A DNA stretch of 45,157 nt from Actinomycetota bacterium (GTDB lineage Bacteria > Actinomycetota > Actinomycetes > JBMOMH01): NCBI GenBank assembly GCA_049323135.1, contig JBMOMH010000309.1, forward strand, positions 1 to 45,157, read 5' to 3'. Shown here one piece after another: positions 25,167-34,849 of the stretch. The notes under the pieces were generated by a model, which saw nothing but the letters and a program-made list of their open reading frames with translations, made no database searches and was not told where the DNA came from. Position numbers and translations under genes: made by a program. The first letter of the stretch is position 1; each line of letters opens with the position of its first letter.

Positions 25167-27608
25167 ATGGCGACACCCCCCCGGGTCGTCGTGATCGGCG
25201 CGGGGATCGTCGGTGCTGCGCTGGCCGACGAGCTCACCGCGCGCGGGTGGACCGACGTCACCGTCGTCGACCAGGGCCCGCTGTTCGCCACCGGCGGCTC
25301 GAGCTCACACGCCCCTGGCCTGGTGTTCCAGACCAACGCGTCCAAGACGATGACCGAGTTCGCCAGCTACACGGTCGCCAAGCTGACCGGCCTGGACCTG
25401 GACGGTGAGCCCTGCTTCCGTCAGGTCGGCGGCCTGGAGGTGGCGACCACTCCGGAGCGGCTGGCCGAGCTCTCCCGGCGGCACGGGTGGGCCACCGCGT
25501 GGGGCGTGGCGGGGCGGCTGCTCGACCCGGACGAGTGCGTGGCGGTGCACTCCCTGCTGGACCGCGACCAGGTGCTGGGCGGCTTCCTGGTCCCCACCGA
25601 CGGGCTGGCCCGGGCGGTGCTGGCCGCCGAGGCCCAGGCCCGGCGGGCCCGCCAGCGCGGGGCGCGCTTCCTCGCCCACCACGAGGTCCTGGACGTGCGC
25701 GTCGCGGGCGACCGGGTCGCGGGCGTGGTCACCGACCGCGGGGAGCTGCCCGCCGACGTGGTCGTGTGCTGCGCCGGCATCTGGGGCCCGAAGGTGGGCC
25801 GCCTGGTGGACCTGGTCGTCCCGCTGGTCCCGCTGGCCCACCAGCTGGCCTGGACCGGCCAGGTCCCGGCGCTGGCCGGGCAGACCCAGGAGGCGACCCG
25901 GCCCATCCTGCGCCACCAGGACCGGGACCTCTACTACCGGGAGCGCTTCGACACCCTCGGCATCGGCTACTACGGCCACCGGCCGATGCCGGTCGCCGCC
26001 GACGACATCCTGCCCGTGGACCAGGCACCGGTGATGCCGTCGATGCTGCCGTTCACCGAGGAGGACTTCGCCGACGCATGGGCCCACACCCAGCAGCTGC
26101 TGCCGTCGACCCGGGACAGCAAGGTCGAGCAGGGGTTCAACGGCCTGTTCTCCTTCACCACCGACGGGTTCCCGCTCATCGGGGAGTCCCCGACGGTGGC
26201 CGGCTTCTGGGTGGCCGAGGCGGTGTGGGTGACGCACTCTGCGGGCGTCGCCCGGGCCACCGCCGAGCTGCTCGTCGACGGGGTGTCCACGTACGACCTG
26301 CACGAGTGCGACCTGGCCCGGTTCGAGCCGCACCAGACCGGTCCGGCGTACGTGCTGGCGCGGGGCTGCCAGAACTTCGTGGAGGTCTACGACATCCTGC
26401 ACCCGCTGCAGCCGATGGAACAGCCCCGACCGCTGCGCACCAGCCCCTTCTACCCGCGGCAGCAGGAGCTCGGTGCGGTGTTCCTGGAGGCCGCGGGCTG
26501 GGAGCGCCCCCAGTGGTACGAGGCCAACGCACCCCTGCTCGAGGAGTACCCGGTCCCCGCGCGCAACCCGTGGGCGGCCCGGTACTGGTCGCCGGTGGCG
26601 GGCGCCGAGGCGCAGGCCACCCGGGACCGGGTCGCCCTGTACGACATGACGTCGCTGAAGCGGGTCGAGGTCAGCGGACCAGGGGCGCTGCCGTTCCTGC
26701 AGTACCTCACCACCGGCGACCTGGACAAGCCGGTCGGCTCGGTCGTCTACTGCCTCCTGCTCGACGCGTCGGGTCGCATCCGCAGCGACATCACGGTGGC
26801 CCGGCTCGGCCGGCACGAGTTCCAGGTCGGAGCCAACGGGAACTCCGACCTCGACTGGCTGCAGCGGCACTGTCCCGCGGACGGCTCGGTCGCGGTGCGG
26901 GACATCACCGCGGGCACCTGCTGTGTCGGCGTGTGGGGGCCCCGGGCCCGGGACCTCGTGCAGCCGTTGACGACCACCGACTTCTCGGCGGCAGGCTTCC
27001 GCTACTTCCAGGCGCGGCGGGCCTTCCTCGGGCAGGTCCCGGTGACCGCCCTGCGCCTGTCCTACGTCGGGGAGCTCGGCTGGGAGCTCTACACGACCGC
27101 GGACCTGGGCCTCAAGCTGTGGGACACCCTCTGGGCGGCTGGTGAGGAGCACGGGGTCCTCGCCGGGGGCCGAGCCGCCTTCACCAGCCTGCGCCTGGAG
27201 AAGGGGTACCGGTCGTTCGGCACCGACATGACCCCCGAGCACGACCCGTTCGAGGCCGGGCTCGGTTTCGCCGTGCGGATGCAGAAGGCGGACTTCCTGG
27301 GGCGGGCCGCGCTCGCCGAGCGGGCCGCGCGTCCGCCGGTCCGGCGGCTGTGCTGCCTCACCGTGGCCGACCCGTACGCGGTGGTCATGGGCAAGGAGCC
27401 GGTGTACGCCGGGGACCGGTGCGTCGGCTACGTCACCAGCGCGGCGTACGGGCACACCGTCGGCTGCGGCATCGCCTACGCCTGGCTGCCCGCCGAGCTG
27501 GCCGAACCTGGCACCATCGTGCACATCGGGTACTTCGACGACCGGGTGCCCGCGACCGTCGCCGCCGAGCCCCTGTTCGACCCGGCGATGCAGCGGCTGC
27601 GGGGCTGA
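25167..27608 (+). CDS. dimethylglycine oxidase/dehydrogenase-like FAD oxidoreductase fused to GcvT folate-binding domain (paralog of 6292-8808)
   Basis: VVVIGAGIVGAALA, GGSSSHAPGLVFQ (candidate covalent-FAD His), the GcvT domain block SYVGELGWELY and the C-terminal FDP..QR. AAGGAG Shine-Dalgarno. Confidence 0.85.
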   Translation: MATPPRVVVIGAGIVGAALADELTARGWTDVTVVDQGPLFATGGSSSHAPGLVFQTNASKTMTEFASYTVAKLTGLDLDGEPCFRQVGGLEVATTPERLAELSRRHGWATAWGVAGRLLDPDECVAVHSLLDRDQVLGGFLVPTDGLARAVLAAEAQARRARQRGARFLAHHEVLDVRVAGDRVAGVVTDRGELPADVVVCCAGIWGPKVGRLVDLVVPLVPLAHQLAWTGQVPALAGQTQEATRPILRHQDRDLYYRERFDTLGIGYYGHRPMPVAADDILPVDQAPVMPSMLPFTEEDFADAWAHTQQLLPSTRDSKVEQGFNGLFSFTTDGFPLIGESPTVAGFWVAEAVWVTHSAGVARATAELLVDGVSTYDLHECDLARFEPHQTGPAYVLARGCQNFVEVYDILHPLQPMEQPRPLRTSPFYPRQQELGAVFLEAAGWERPQWYEANAPLLEEYPVPARNPWAARYWSPVAGAEAQATRDRVALYDMTSLKRVEVSGPGALPFLQYLTTGDLDKPVGSVVYCLLLDASGRIRSDITVARLGRHEFQVGANGNSDLDWLQRHCPADGSVAVRDITAGTCCVGVWGPRARDLVQPLTTTDFSAAGFRYFQARRAFLGQVPVTALRLSYVGELGWELYTTADLGLKLWDTLWAAGEEHGVLAGGRAAFTSLRLEKGYRSFGTDMTPEHDPFEAGLGFAVRMQKADFLGRAALAERAARPPVRRLCCLTVADPYAVVMGKEPVYAGDRCVGYVTSAAYGHTVGCGIAYAWLPAELAEPGTIVHIGYFDDRVPATVAAEPLFDPAMQRLRG

Positions 27609-27664
27609 CCGTGGGGGCTGACCGTGGGGGCTGACTGTGGGGGTTGACTGTGGGGGCTGACATG
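27600..27664. repeat. 13-nt tandem repeat x5 (consensus GGGGGCTGACYGT) exactly filling the spacer between two genes
   Basis: Read directly. Units start at 27600, 27613, 27626, 27639 and 27652. Unit 1 holds the upstream TGA stop (27606-27608). Unit 5 holds the downstream ATG (27662-27664). Confidence 0.85.
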
Positions 27665-28564
27665 GGCGCTGGCGTGGCAGCGAGCATCCTCGACGCGATC
27701 GGGAACACCCCGCTGGTCGAGGTCGACGGCATCTGGGTGAAGCTGGAGTTCCTCAACCCGTCTGGCTCGGTCAAGGCGCGCATCGCCAAGTACATGATCG
27801 AGCGGGCCGAGCGGGAAGGCCTGCTCCGTCCCGGGGACACCATCGTCGAGGCGTCCAGCGGCAACACCGGCAACGCGATGAGCATGGTCGCCGCGGTCAA
27901 GGGCTACCGCATGGTCGTGGTCATGCCGCGGGGCATGAGCCGGGAGCGCAGCGCGATCTCCCGCGCGTTCGGCGCCGAGGTCCGCACGGTCGGCGACTTC
28001 CACGTCAACGACGCGCTGGAGGAGTGCCGGCGGCTGGGCGCGCAGCCCGGGTACTTCGCGCCGCAGCAGTTCGACTCGGAGTGGAACGTGGAGGAGAACC
28101 GCACCTGGCTGGGGCCGGAGGTGCTGCGCCAGCTCCCGGACGCGGTGCTCCCCCAGGCCGTGGTGGGCGGGGTGGGCACCGGGGGGACCATCATCGGGGT
28201 CGGCATGGCCTTCCGCGAGGTCAACCCGGACTGCCGCATCGTGGCCATGGAGCCCAACGAGTCCTGCACCATCCTCTGCGGCGAGATCGGCAAGCATCTC
28301 ATCGAGGGCATCTCCGACGGGTTCGTCCCCGGGATCCTGCAGCGTCACCGGGGCCTCGTCGACGACGTGCTGGCGGTGCACAGCTCGGACGCGGTCGCCG
28401 AGATGCGCCGGCTGGCCCGGGACTACGGGCTGTTCGTCGGCCCCAGCTCGGGCGCCCACCTGATCGCCGCGCGTCAGGTGCGGGACACCTACGGGTTTGA
28501 CCACGTAGTCACCTTCTTCTGTGACGAGGGCGAGAAGTACATCAATGACTACTTCCTGGACTAG
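27662..28564 (+). CDS. PLP-dependent cysteine synthase/CBS-family (PALP fold) enzyme
   Basis: PLP-lysine block [10 protein letters not shown], the SSGNTG loop and the GVGTGGTI phosphate loop. Start ATG 27662 is preferred, with in-frame TTG 27644 or GTG 27650 as alternatives. Confidence 0.75.
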   Translation: MGAGVAASILDAIGNTPLVEVDGIWVKLEFLNPSGSVKARIAKYMIERAEREGLLRPGDTIVEASSGNTGNAMSMVAAVKGYRMVVVMPRGMSRERSAISRAFGAEVRTVGDFHVNDALEECRRLGAQPGYFAPQQFDSEWNVEENRTWLGPEVLRQLPDAVLPQAVVGGVGTGGTIIGVGMAFREVNPDCRIVAMEPNESCTILCGEIGKHLIEGISDGFVPGILQRHRGLVDDVLAVHSSDAVAEMRRLARDYGLFVGPSSGAHLIAARQVRDTYGFDHVVTFFCDEGEKYINDYFLD

Positions 28565-29783
28565 CCGCGAGGAGGCGCTGCCCGAGCACCCGGACTTCCT
28601 GTGGTCCGAGCCCGAGCTGCGCCGCTCCTACGACGTGGTCGTCGTCGGCGGTGGCGGGCACGGGCTGGCGACGGCGTACTACCTGGCGAAGAACCACGGG
28701 ATAACCGACGTGGCGGTGCTGGAGCGCGGCTGGCTGGCCGGCGGCAACATGGCCCGCAACACCACCATCATCCGGTCCAACTACCTGTGGGACGAGAGCG
28801 CCGCCATCTACGAGCACTCCCTGAAGCTGTGGGAGGGGCTGTCGGAGGAGCTGGACTACGACATCCTGTTCTCGCAGCGGGGCGTGCTCAACCTGGCCCA
28901 CAACCTGCCCGACGTGCGGGAGGCGCAGCGCCGGGTCGCGGCGAACCGGCTCAACGGGGTGGACGCCGAGTGGCTCACCACCGAGGAGGTCGGCAAGCTC
29001 TGCCCGGTGCTCAACACCGCGGGGGACGTCCGGTACCCCGTGCTGGGCGGCACGTTCCAGCCCCGGGCCGGTATCGCCAAGCACGACTGGGTCGCCTGGG
29101 CCTACGCCCGCGCCGCGCACCGGCTCGGCGTGCACCTGGTGCAGGGCTGCGAGGTCACCGGGTTCCAGGTGGACGGGGACCGCGTCGTAGGGGTGCTCAC
29201 CGACCGGGGACCGGTGGCCGCGGGACGGGTGGCGCTGGCCGCCGCCGGGCACACCTCGGTCCTGGCCGACCGGCTGGGGCTGCGGCTGCCCCTGCAGAGC
29301 CACCCCCTGCAGGCGCTGGTCAGCGAGCTGTTCGAGCAGGTGCTCGACACGGTCGTCATGAGCAACGCCGTGCACGTCTACGTCAGCCAGGCGCACAAGG
29401 GGGAACTGGTGATGGGCGCCGGCGTCGACGCCTACAACGGCTACGGGCAGCGCGGGTCGTTCCACGTCATCGAGAACCAGATGGCCGCCGCGCTGGAGCT
29501 GTTCCCCGTGTTCTCCCACGCCCACGTGCTGCGGACGTGGGCCGGCATCGTGGACGTCTCGCCGGACGCCTCACCCATCATCGGCCGCACGCCCTGGGAG
29601 GGACTGTTCCTCAACTGTGGCTGGGGGACCGGCGGGTTCAAGGCCACCCCGGGCGCCGGCTGGGTGTTCGCCGACACGGTCGCCCACGGCCGCCCGCATC
29701 CGCTGGCCGAGCCCTTCGCCCTGGACCGGTTCGTCACCGGGGCCCTGATCGACGAGCACGGCGCGGCCGCGGTCGCGCACTGA
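28545..29783 (+). CDS. soxB: heterotetrameric sarcosine oxidase beta subunit
   Basis: [69 protein letters not shown] closely resembles the corynebacterial SoxB N-terminus as I remember it. ATG 28545 was chosen. It overlaps the upstream gene by 20 nt. GTG 28521 is also possible. Confidence 0.9.
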   Translation: MTTSWTSREEALPEHPDFLWSEPELRRSYDVVVVGGGGHGLATAYYLAKNHGITDVAVLERGWLAGGNMARNTTIIRSNYLWDESAAIYEHSLKLWEGLSEELDYDILFSQRGVLNLAHNLPDVREAQRRVAANRLNGVDAEWLTTEEVGKLCPVLNTAGDVRYPVLGGTFQPRAGIAKHDWVAWAYARAAHRLGVHLVQGCEVTGFQVDGDRVVGVLTDRGPVAAGRVALAAAGHTSVLADRLGLRLPLQSHPLQALVSELFEQVLDTVVMSNAVHVYVSQAHKGELVMGAGVDAYNGYGQRGSFHVIENQMAAALELFPVFSHAHVLRTWAGIVDVSPDASPIIGRTPWEGLFLNCGWGTGGFKATPGAGWVFADTVAHGRPHPLAEPFALDRFVTGALIDEHGAAAVAH

Positions 29784-29834
29784 CCCGAGCCACTTGGCAC
29801 CCCGAGCCATCTGACCGACGAGGAGACCCGGAAC

Positions 29835-30104
29835 GTGCTGTCCATCCCGTGCCCCTGGTGCGGCCCCCGCGACGAGACGGAGTTCCGCTACGGCGGCCAG
29901 GCCGGCGTCGCCTACCCCGCCCGCCCGGACGCCGTCGACGACGAGGCGTGGGCCGGGTACCTGTTCTTCCGGGACAACCCGAAGGGCTGGTTCACCGAAC
30001 GGTGGGTGCACACGGCCGGCTGCCGGCGCTGGTTCGACCTGCGCCGGCACACGGTGACCTCCCAGATCAGCGGACTGCCGGCCGACGCGGCGGGCACGCC
30101 GTGA
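29835..30104 (+). CDS. soxD: sarcosine oxidase delta subunit
   Basis: The 89-aa ORF has the zinc-binding start CPWCGPRDETEF and ...HTAGCRRWF. GAGGAG Shine-Dalgarno. GTG start. Confidence 0.85.
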   Translation: MLSIPCPWCGPRDETEFRYGGQAGVAYPARPDAVDDEAWAGYLFFRDNPKGWFTERWVHTAGCRRWFDLRRHTVTSQISGLPADAAGTP

Positions 30105-32956
30105 CCGGGGCCTGGCGCACCCCGGCGGGGGGCCGGGTGGACCGGGGGCGCACCGTCGAGGTCCACTTCGAGGGGCGGCCGCTGGCGGCGCACCCCGGGG
30201 ACACGCTCGCCTCGGTGCTGCTGGCGCACGGCGTACGGGTGGTCGCCCGCGGCATCTACAGTGGTCGCCCCCGGGGCGTCGTCGCCCTCGGCGCCGAGGA
30301 GCCCAACGCGTACGTGCGGGTCGACGGCGGACCGGCGATGGTGCGGGCCACCCAGGTGGAGGTGTACGACGGGCTGCGGGCCCACGGGGTGTCCGGGCGG
30401 GCCACCCTGCCGGCGGCGCCGGACCCCGCGCGCTACGACACAACGTGGCGGCACTGCGACGTGTGCGTTGTCGGGGGCGGCCCGGCCGGCCTGGCCGCCG
30501 CGCGGGCGGCCGCGGCCACCGGGGCCCGGGTGGTGCTCTGCGACGAGGGCCCGGACCTGGGCGGTGGGCTGCTCGGGACCCGGGTCGAGGTCGACGGTGT
30601 TCTCGGGGCGGCCTGGGCGGCTGACGTCGGTGCGGAGCTCGACGCGGCGCCGGAGGTGCTGGTGCTGCGCCGGACCACGGTCGTTGGCTACTACGACCAC
30701 AACCTGCTCGTCGCGGTGCAGCGGCGCACCGACCATCTCGGCAGCGCCGACCCGACGGTCGCCCGGCAGCGGCTGTGGCACCTGCGGGCCAGGCAGGTGG
30801 TGCTCGCCACGGGCGCTCACGAACGGGCGCTGGCCTTCCCCGACAACGACCGTCCCGGGGTGATGCTGGCCGGGGCGGCAGCGGCGTACGTCCATCGGTA
30901 CGGCGTCCTGCCCGGCCGGCGCGCCGTCGTCGTCGGGGGCCACGATGCAGCCCTGTCGGCTGCCGTTGACCTGCACGACGCGGGGGTGCTGGTCGCCCTC
31001 GTGGCGGACCTGCGGGACGCGGTCCCCGCCGCGCTGGCCGGGGCGCTGCAGGCCCGGGGCATCGAGCTGCGGCTGCGGCACGGCGTGGTCGGCACCGACG
31101 CCGACGGCAGCGGCGCGGTGAGTGCCGCCCTGGTCGTGCCGGTCGACGCCGGCGGCGCCCCCACCGGTGCTGCCGAACGGGTCCTGGTCGACCTCTGCGC
31201 GGTGTCCGCCGGGCGCAACCCGGCGGTGCACCTGTTCAGCCAGTCTGGGGGGCGGCTGCGCTGGGACGACGCGGCCGCCGCGTTCGTGCCGGCCGCCCCG
31301 CTGCCGGGAGGGCAGTGCGCCGGTGCGTCCCACGGCGTCTTCGGCCTCGACGAGGCCCTGGCGGAGGGCCACCGGGCCGGGGTGCAGGCCGCCGCCGAGG
31401 CCGGCTTCGGCGACCCGGGACTGGCGGCGCCGGTGGCTCCGTCACCAGCCGGAGCCGCCGCGCCGGCCACGGTGTGGGCGGTGCTGCCCGCCGACGGGGC
31501 GGGGGAGGACCGCACCTTCCTGGACCTGCAGCGGGATGCGACGCTGCGGGACCTGCGCCGCGCCGTGCAGGCCGGGCTGCGCAGCGGCGAGCACGTGAAG
31601 CGCCACACCACGATCGGCACCGGGGTCGACCAGGGGCGTACCTCCGGCGTGCTCACCTCGGGCCTGCTGGCCCAGGTGCTGGGCCGGCCGGTGGACGAGG
31701 TGGGGACCACCACCTACCGCCCGCCGTACGTGCCGGTGTCCTTCGCCCTGCTGGCCGGTCGGGACCGCGGCCGGCTGGCCGACCCGGAGCGGGTCACCGC
31801 GCTGCACGACTGGCATGTGCGCCACGGGGCGGTGTTCGAGGACGTCGGTCAGTGGAAGCGGCCCTGGTACTACCCCCTGGCCGGCGAGGACCTGGCTGCG
31901 GCCGTGCGGCGCGAGTGCCGGGCCGCCCGCGAGGGCGTGGCGGTGATGGACGCGAGCACGCTGGGCAAGGTCGACCTGCAAGGTCCGGACGTCGGCGCCT
32001 TCCTCGACCGGATCTACACCAACGTCTTCTCCACCCTGCGGGTCGGACACTGCCGGTACGGGGTGATGTGTCGTGCCGACGGGATGGTGCTCGACGACGG
32101 CGTCACCAGCCGCCTCGCCGAGGACCGGTACCTGATGACGACGACCACCGGTGGCGCGGCCCGGGTGCTCGACTGGCTGGAGGAGTGGCTGCAGACGGAG
32201 TGGCCGGACCTGCGGGTGCACTGCACGTCGGTGACCGAGCAGTGGGCCACCATCGCCGTCGTCGGTCCCCGCTCCCGGGAGGTGCTGGCCCGGGTCGCAC
32301 CGGACCTGCCCTTGGACCCCGCGGACTTCCCCTTCATGACCTTCCGGGAGGCCACCGTGGCGGGGGTGCCCGCCCGGGTGTTCCGCATCAGCTTCTCCGG
32401 CGAGCTCGCCTACGAGGTCAACGTGCCCGCCTGGTACGCGGTGGCCGTCTGGGAGGCGGTGCTCGAGGCCGGCCGGCCCGCGGGCATCACGCCGTACGGC
32501 ACCGAGACCATGCACGTGCTGCGGGCCGAGAAGGGGTTCCCGATCGTCGGGCAGGACACCGACGGCACCGTCACCCCACTGGACCTGGGCATGGACTGGG
32601 TGGTGTCGAAGAAGAAGGACTTCGTGGGCCGGCGCTCCTTCGCCCGACCGGACACCGCTCGGGCGGACCGCAAACAGCTCGTCGGGCTGCTGCCGGAGGA
32701 CCCCGACGTCGTGCTCGTCGAGGGCGCGCAGCTGGTCGCGTCGGCGCCGGGCGTCGTCCCGGCCGCGATGCACGGCCACGTCACCTCCAGCTACCGCAGC
32801 GCCGCGCTGGGCCGGTCCTTCGCCCTGGGGCTGCTGCGCGCCGGCCGGGCGCGGCAGGGGGAGCGGCTGCACGCGGTGTCCGGCGGGGACTGGGTGCCGG
32901 TCACCGTCACCGAGCCGGTGTTCTACGACCGGGAAGGGGCCCGCCGTGACGGCTGA
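30101..32956 (+). CDS. soxA: sarcosine oxidase alpha subunit
   Basis: The GTG overlaps the soxD stop (GTGA). NAD-binding fold DVCVVGGGPAGLAAA and a C-terminal GcvT-like folate domain (FSGELAYEVNVPA). About 951 aa. The upstream part of the raw 1451-aa ORF is a shadow frame over soxB/soxD. Confidence 0.9.
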   Translation: MTGAWRTPAGGRVDRGRTVEVHFEGRPLAAHPGDTLASVLLAHGVRVVARGIYSGRPRGVVALGAEEPNAYVRVDGGPAMVRATQVEVYDGLRAHGVSGRATLPAAPDPARYDTTWRHCDVCVVGGGPAGLAAARAAAATGARVVLCDEGPDLGGGLLGTRVEVDGVLGAAWAADVGAELDAAPEVLVLRRTTVVGYYDHNLLVAVQRRTDHLGSADPTVARQRLWHLRARQVVLATGAHERALAFPDNDRPGVMLAGAAAAYVHRYGVLPGRRAVVVGGHDAALSAAVDLHDAGVLVALVADLRDAVPAALAGALQARGIELRLRHGVVGTDADGSGAVSAALVVPVDAGGAPTGAAERVLVDLCAVSAGRNPAVHLFSQSGGRLRWDDAAAAFVPAAPLPGGQCAGASHGVFGLDEALAEGHRAGVQAAAEAGFGDPGLAAPVAPSPAGAAAPATVWAVLPADGAGEDRTFLDLQRDATLRDLRRAVQAGLRSGEHVKRHTTIGTGVDQGRTSGVLTSGLLAQVLGRPVDEVGTTTYRPPYVPVSFALLAGRDRGRLADPERVTALHDWHVRHGAVFEDVGQWKRPWYYPLAGEDLAAAVRRECRAAREGVAVMDASTLGKVDLQGPDVGAFLDRIYTNVFSTLRVGHCRYGVMCRADGMVLDDGVTSRLAEDRYLMTTTTGGAARVLDWLEEWLQTEWPDLRVHCTSVTEQWATIAVVGPRSREVLARVAPDLPLDPADFPFMTFREATVAGVPARVFRISFSGELAYEVNVPAWYAVAVWEAVLEAGRPAGITPYGTETMHVLRAEKGFPIVGQDTDGTVTPLDLGMDWVVSKKKDFVGRRSFARPDTARADRKQLVGLLPEDPDVVLVEGAQLVASAPGVVPAAMHGHVTSSYRSAALGRSFALGLLRAGRARQGERLHAVSGGDWVPVTVTEPVFYDREGARRDG

Positions 32957-33578
32957 CCCGCAGCTCGCCCTGGCCCGCAGCCCGCTGGGCCACCGCCCGG
33001 GCGACACCGGGCCTGGGGAGCCCGCGCCGCTGGCCGGGTCGGCGGCCACCGTCGTGCTCCAGGAGCTGCCGTTCCGCAGCATGCTGGACCTGCGGCTGGC
33101 GGCGGACGGGCTGGCCGCGCAGCGCGTCGAGCAGCAGCTGGGCCTGGGGCTGCCCCGGCAGGCCGGGGTGGCCATGGCGGCCGGTCCGCGGGCCGTCCTG
33201 TGGCTGGGCCCCGACTGGTGGCTGGTCGTCGACGCGCCGGGCCGGGCCGGCCCGCTGGCGGCGGCGCTGCGGTCCGCCGGGGCGGGGGAGCCGGTGAGCG
33301 TGGTGGACGTGTCGGCGCAGCGGACCACACTGCGGCTGGCCGGGCCGCACGCCCGCGACGTCCTCCAGCACGGGTGCAGCCTCGACCTGCACCCCCGGGC
33401 GTTCCGACCGGGCAGCTGCGCGCAGACCCTGCTGGCCCGGGCCGGGGTGGTCGTGCACCAGACTGGTCCGGAGCCGGAGTACCGCCTCTACGTGCGGGCG
33501 TCGTACGCCCGGTACCTGGCCGACTGGCTGCAGGACGCGATGACCGAGTACGTCGACGCGAAGGAGACGCCCGGGTGA
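32946..33578 (+). CDS. soxG: sarcosine oxidase gamma subunit
   Basis: Its position directly after soxA (11-nt overlap), its 210-aa size and the [11 protein letters not shown] / [12 protein letters not shown] blocks fit SoxG. Confidence 0.8.
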   Translation: MTADPQLALARSPLGHRPGDTGPGEPAPLAGSAATVVLQELPFRSMLDLRLAADGLAAQRVEQQLGLGLPRQAGVAMAAGPRAVLWLGPDWWLVVDAPGRAGPLAAALRSAGAGEPVSVVDVSAQRTTLRLAGPHARDVLQHGCSLDLHPRAFRPGSCAQTLLARAGVVVHQTGPEPEYRLYVRASYARYLADWLQDAMTEYVDAKETPG

Positions 33579-34471
33579 GCGCATCGATCCTCGACGGGAA
33601 GGCGACCGCGGCCCGGGTGCGGGCCGACCTGGCCGCCCGGGTACGCCGGCTGCGCGAACGGGGGGTGGTGCCGGGCCTGGGCACCGTGCTGGTCGGCGAC
33701 GACCCGGGCAGCCGCTCGTACGTCGCCGGCAAGCACCGGGACTGCGCCGAGGTGGGCATCGCCAGCATCCAGGTGGAGCTGCCCGCCGACGCCCGCCAGG
33801 AGGACGTGGAGAAGGCGGTCCTCGCCCTCAACGACGACCCGGCGTGCACCGGGTACATCGTCCAGCTCCCGCTGCCGGGCGGCCTGGACGCGCACCGGGT
33901 GCTGGAGCTGATGGACCCGGCCAAGGACGCCGACGGGCTGCACCCGGTGAACCTGGGCCGGCTGGTCCTCGGCGTGCCCGCCCCGCTGCCGTGCACCCCG
34001 CGGGGGGTGGTCGAGCTGCTCCGGGCCTACGACGTGCCCCTGTCCGGCGCGGAGGTGGTCGTCGTCGGGCGCGGCGTGACGGTGGGCCGGCCGCTGGGCC
34101 TGCTGCTGACCCGGCGCTCGGAGAACGCCACGGTCACCCTGTGCCACACCGGGACCCGCGACCTGGCCGGGCACCTGCGGCGGGCCGACATCGTGGTGGC
34201 GGCCGCGGGCTCCCCGGGCCTGGTCGGGCCGGACCTGGTCGCCCCGGGGGCGGCCGTGCTGGACGTGGGGATTACCCGCACCGCCGCGGGCCTGGTCGGC
34301 GACGTGGACCCCGCGGTCCGGGAGGTGGCCGGCTGGCTGGCCCCCATGCCCGGCGGGGTGGGCCCGATGACCCGGGCCATGCTGCTGGGCAACGTGGTCG
34401 AGGCCGCCGAGCGTGCCCTCGGGCAGGCCCTGGGGCAGGCCGTGGGGCACACCCCGGGGGAGGAGGGATGA
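33575..34471 (+). CDS. folD: bifunctional methylene-THF dehydrogenase / methenyl-THF cyclohydrolase
   Basis: [63 protein letters not shown] and [10 protein letters not shown]. The GTG overlaps the soxG stop. Confidence 0.9.
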   Translation: MSASILDGKATAARVRADLAARVRRLRERGVVPGLGTVLVGDDPGSRSYVAGKHRDCAEVGIASIQVELPADARQEDVEKAVLALNDDPACTGYIVQLPLPGGLDAHRVLELMDPAKDADGLHPVNLGRLVLGVPAPLPCTPRGVVELLRAYDVPLSGAEVVVVGRGVTVGRPLGLLLTRRSENATVTLCHTGTRDLAGHLRRADIVVAAAGSPGLVGPDLVAPGAAVLDVGITRTAAGLVGDVDPAVREVAGWLAPMPGGVGPMTRAMLLGNVVEAAERALGQALGQAVGHTPGEEG

Positions 34472-34779
34472 TCCTCGAGCACGCGGTCATCGACGTGGTC
34501 CCCGGCCAGGAGGCCGCGTTCGAGGCGGCGGTCGCCCAGGCCGGTCCGTTGTTCGCCGCGCACGCCGGGTTCCTCGACGCCCGGCTGGAGCGCTGCGTCG
34601 AGCAGTCGGCCAGCTACCTGCTGCTGGTACGCTGGCGGTCCCTGGAGGACCACACGGTGGTCTTCCGCGGGTCCCCGGAGTTCCGGGCCTGGCGGGCGCT
34701 GGTCGGGCCGTACTTCGCCGCACCCCCGGTCGTGCTGCACTACGCGACGGCGGCCACCCTGAGCGGTGACCCGCGGTGA
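34468..34779 (+). CDS. antibiotic-biosynthesis-monooxygenase (ABM, ferredoxin-like fold) family protein
   Basis: The 103-aa ORF has an ATG overlapping the folD stop (ATGA). The pattern HAVIDV.PG....FE......A.....GF......R.......YLLLVRW.S...H..FR.S resembles the ABM/Dabb fold. Confidence 0.6.
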   Translation: MILEHAVIDVVPGQEAAFEAAVAQAGPLFAAHAGFLDARLERCVEQSASYLLLVRWRSLEDHTVVFRGSPEFRAWRALVGPYFAAPPVVLHYATAATLSGDPR

Positions 34780-34849
34780 CGCTCCTGGGGCGCCGTACCG
34801 GCACCTAGACTCGGGCCCGTCGCCCGCCTCCCCGGAAAGGCCCCTGCCC

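Noticed and set aside
21799-27524. Shadow ORFs 21799..24300 minus (833 aa), 21924..24377 plus (817 aa), 24005..25345 minus and 25305..27524 minus (739 aa)
   Set aside because: They overlap the ABC transporter and DMG-oxidase genes. Their composition is low-complexity and they have no motifs.
27600-27664. CRISPR array
   Set aside because: The units are 13 nt long, directly abutting without spacers, and only five in number. No cas genes are present.
28601-30100. Upstream 500 codons of the raw 1451-aa ORF that ends as soxA
   Set aside because: This part is out of frame over soxB and soxD and is R/G/P-rich. The SoxA homology begins at GTG 30101, which overlaps the soxD stop.
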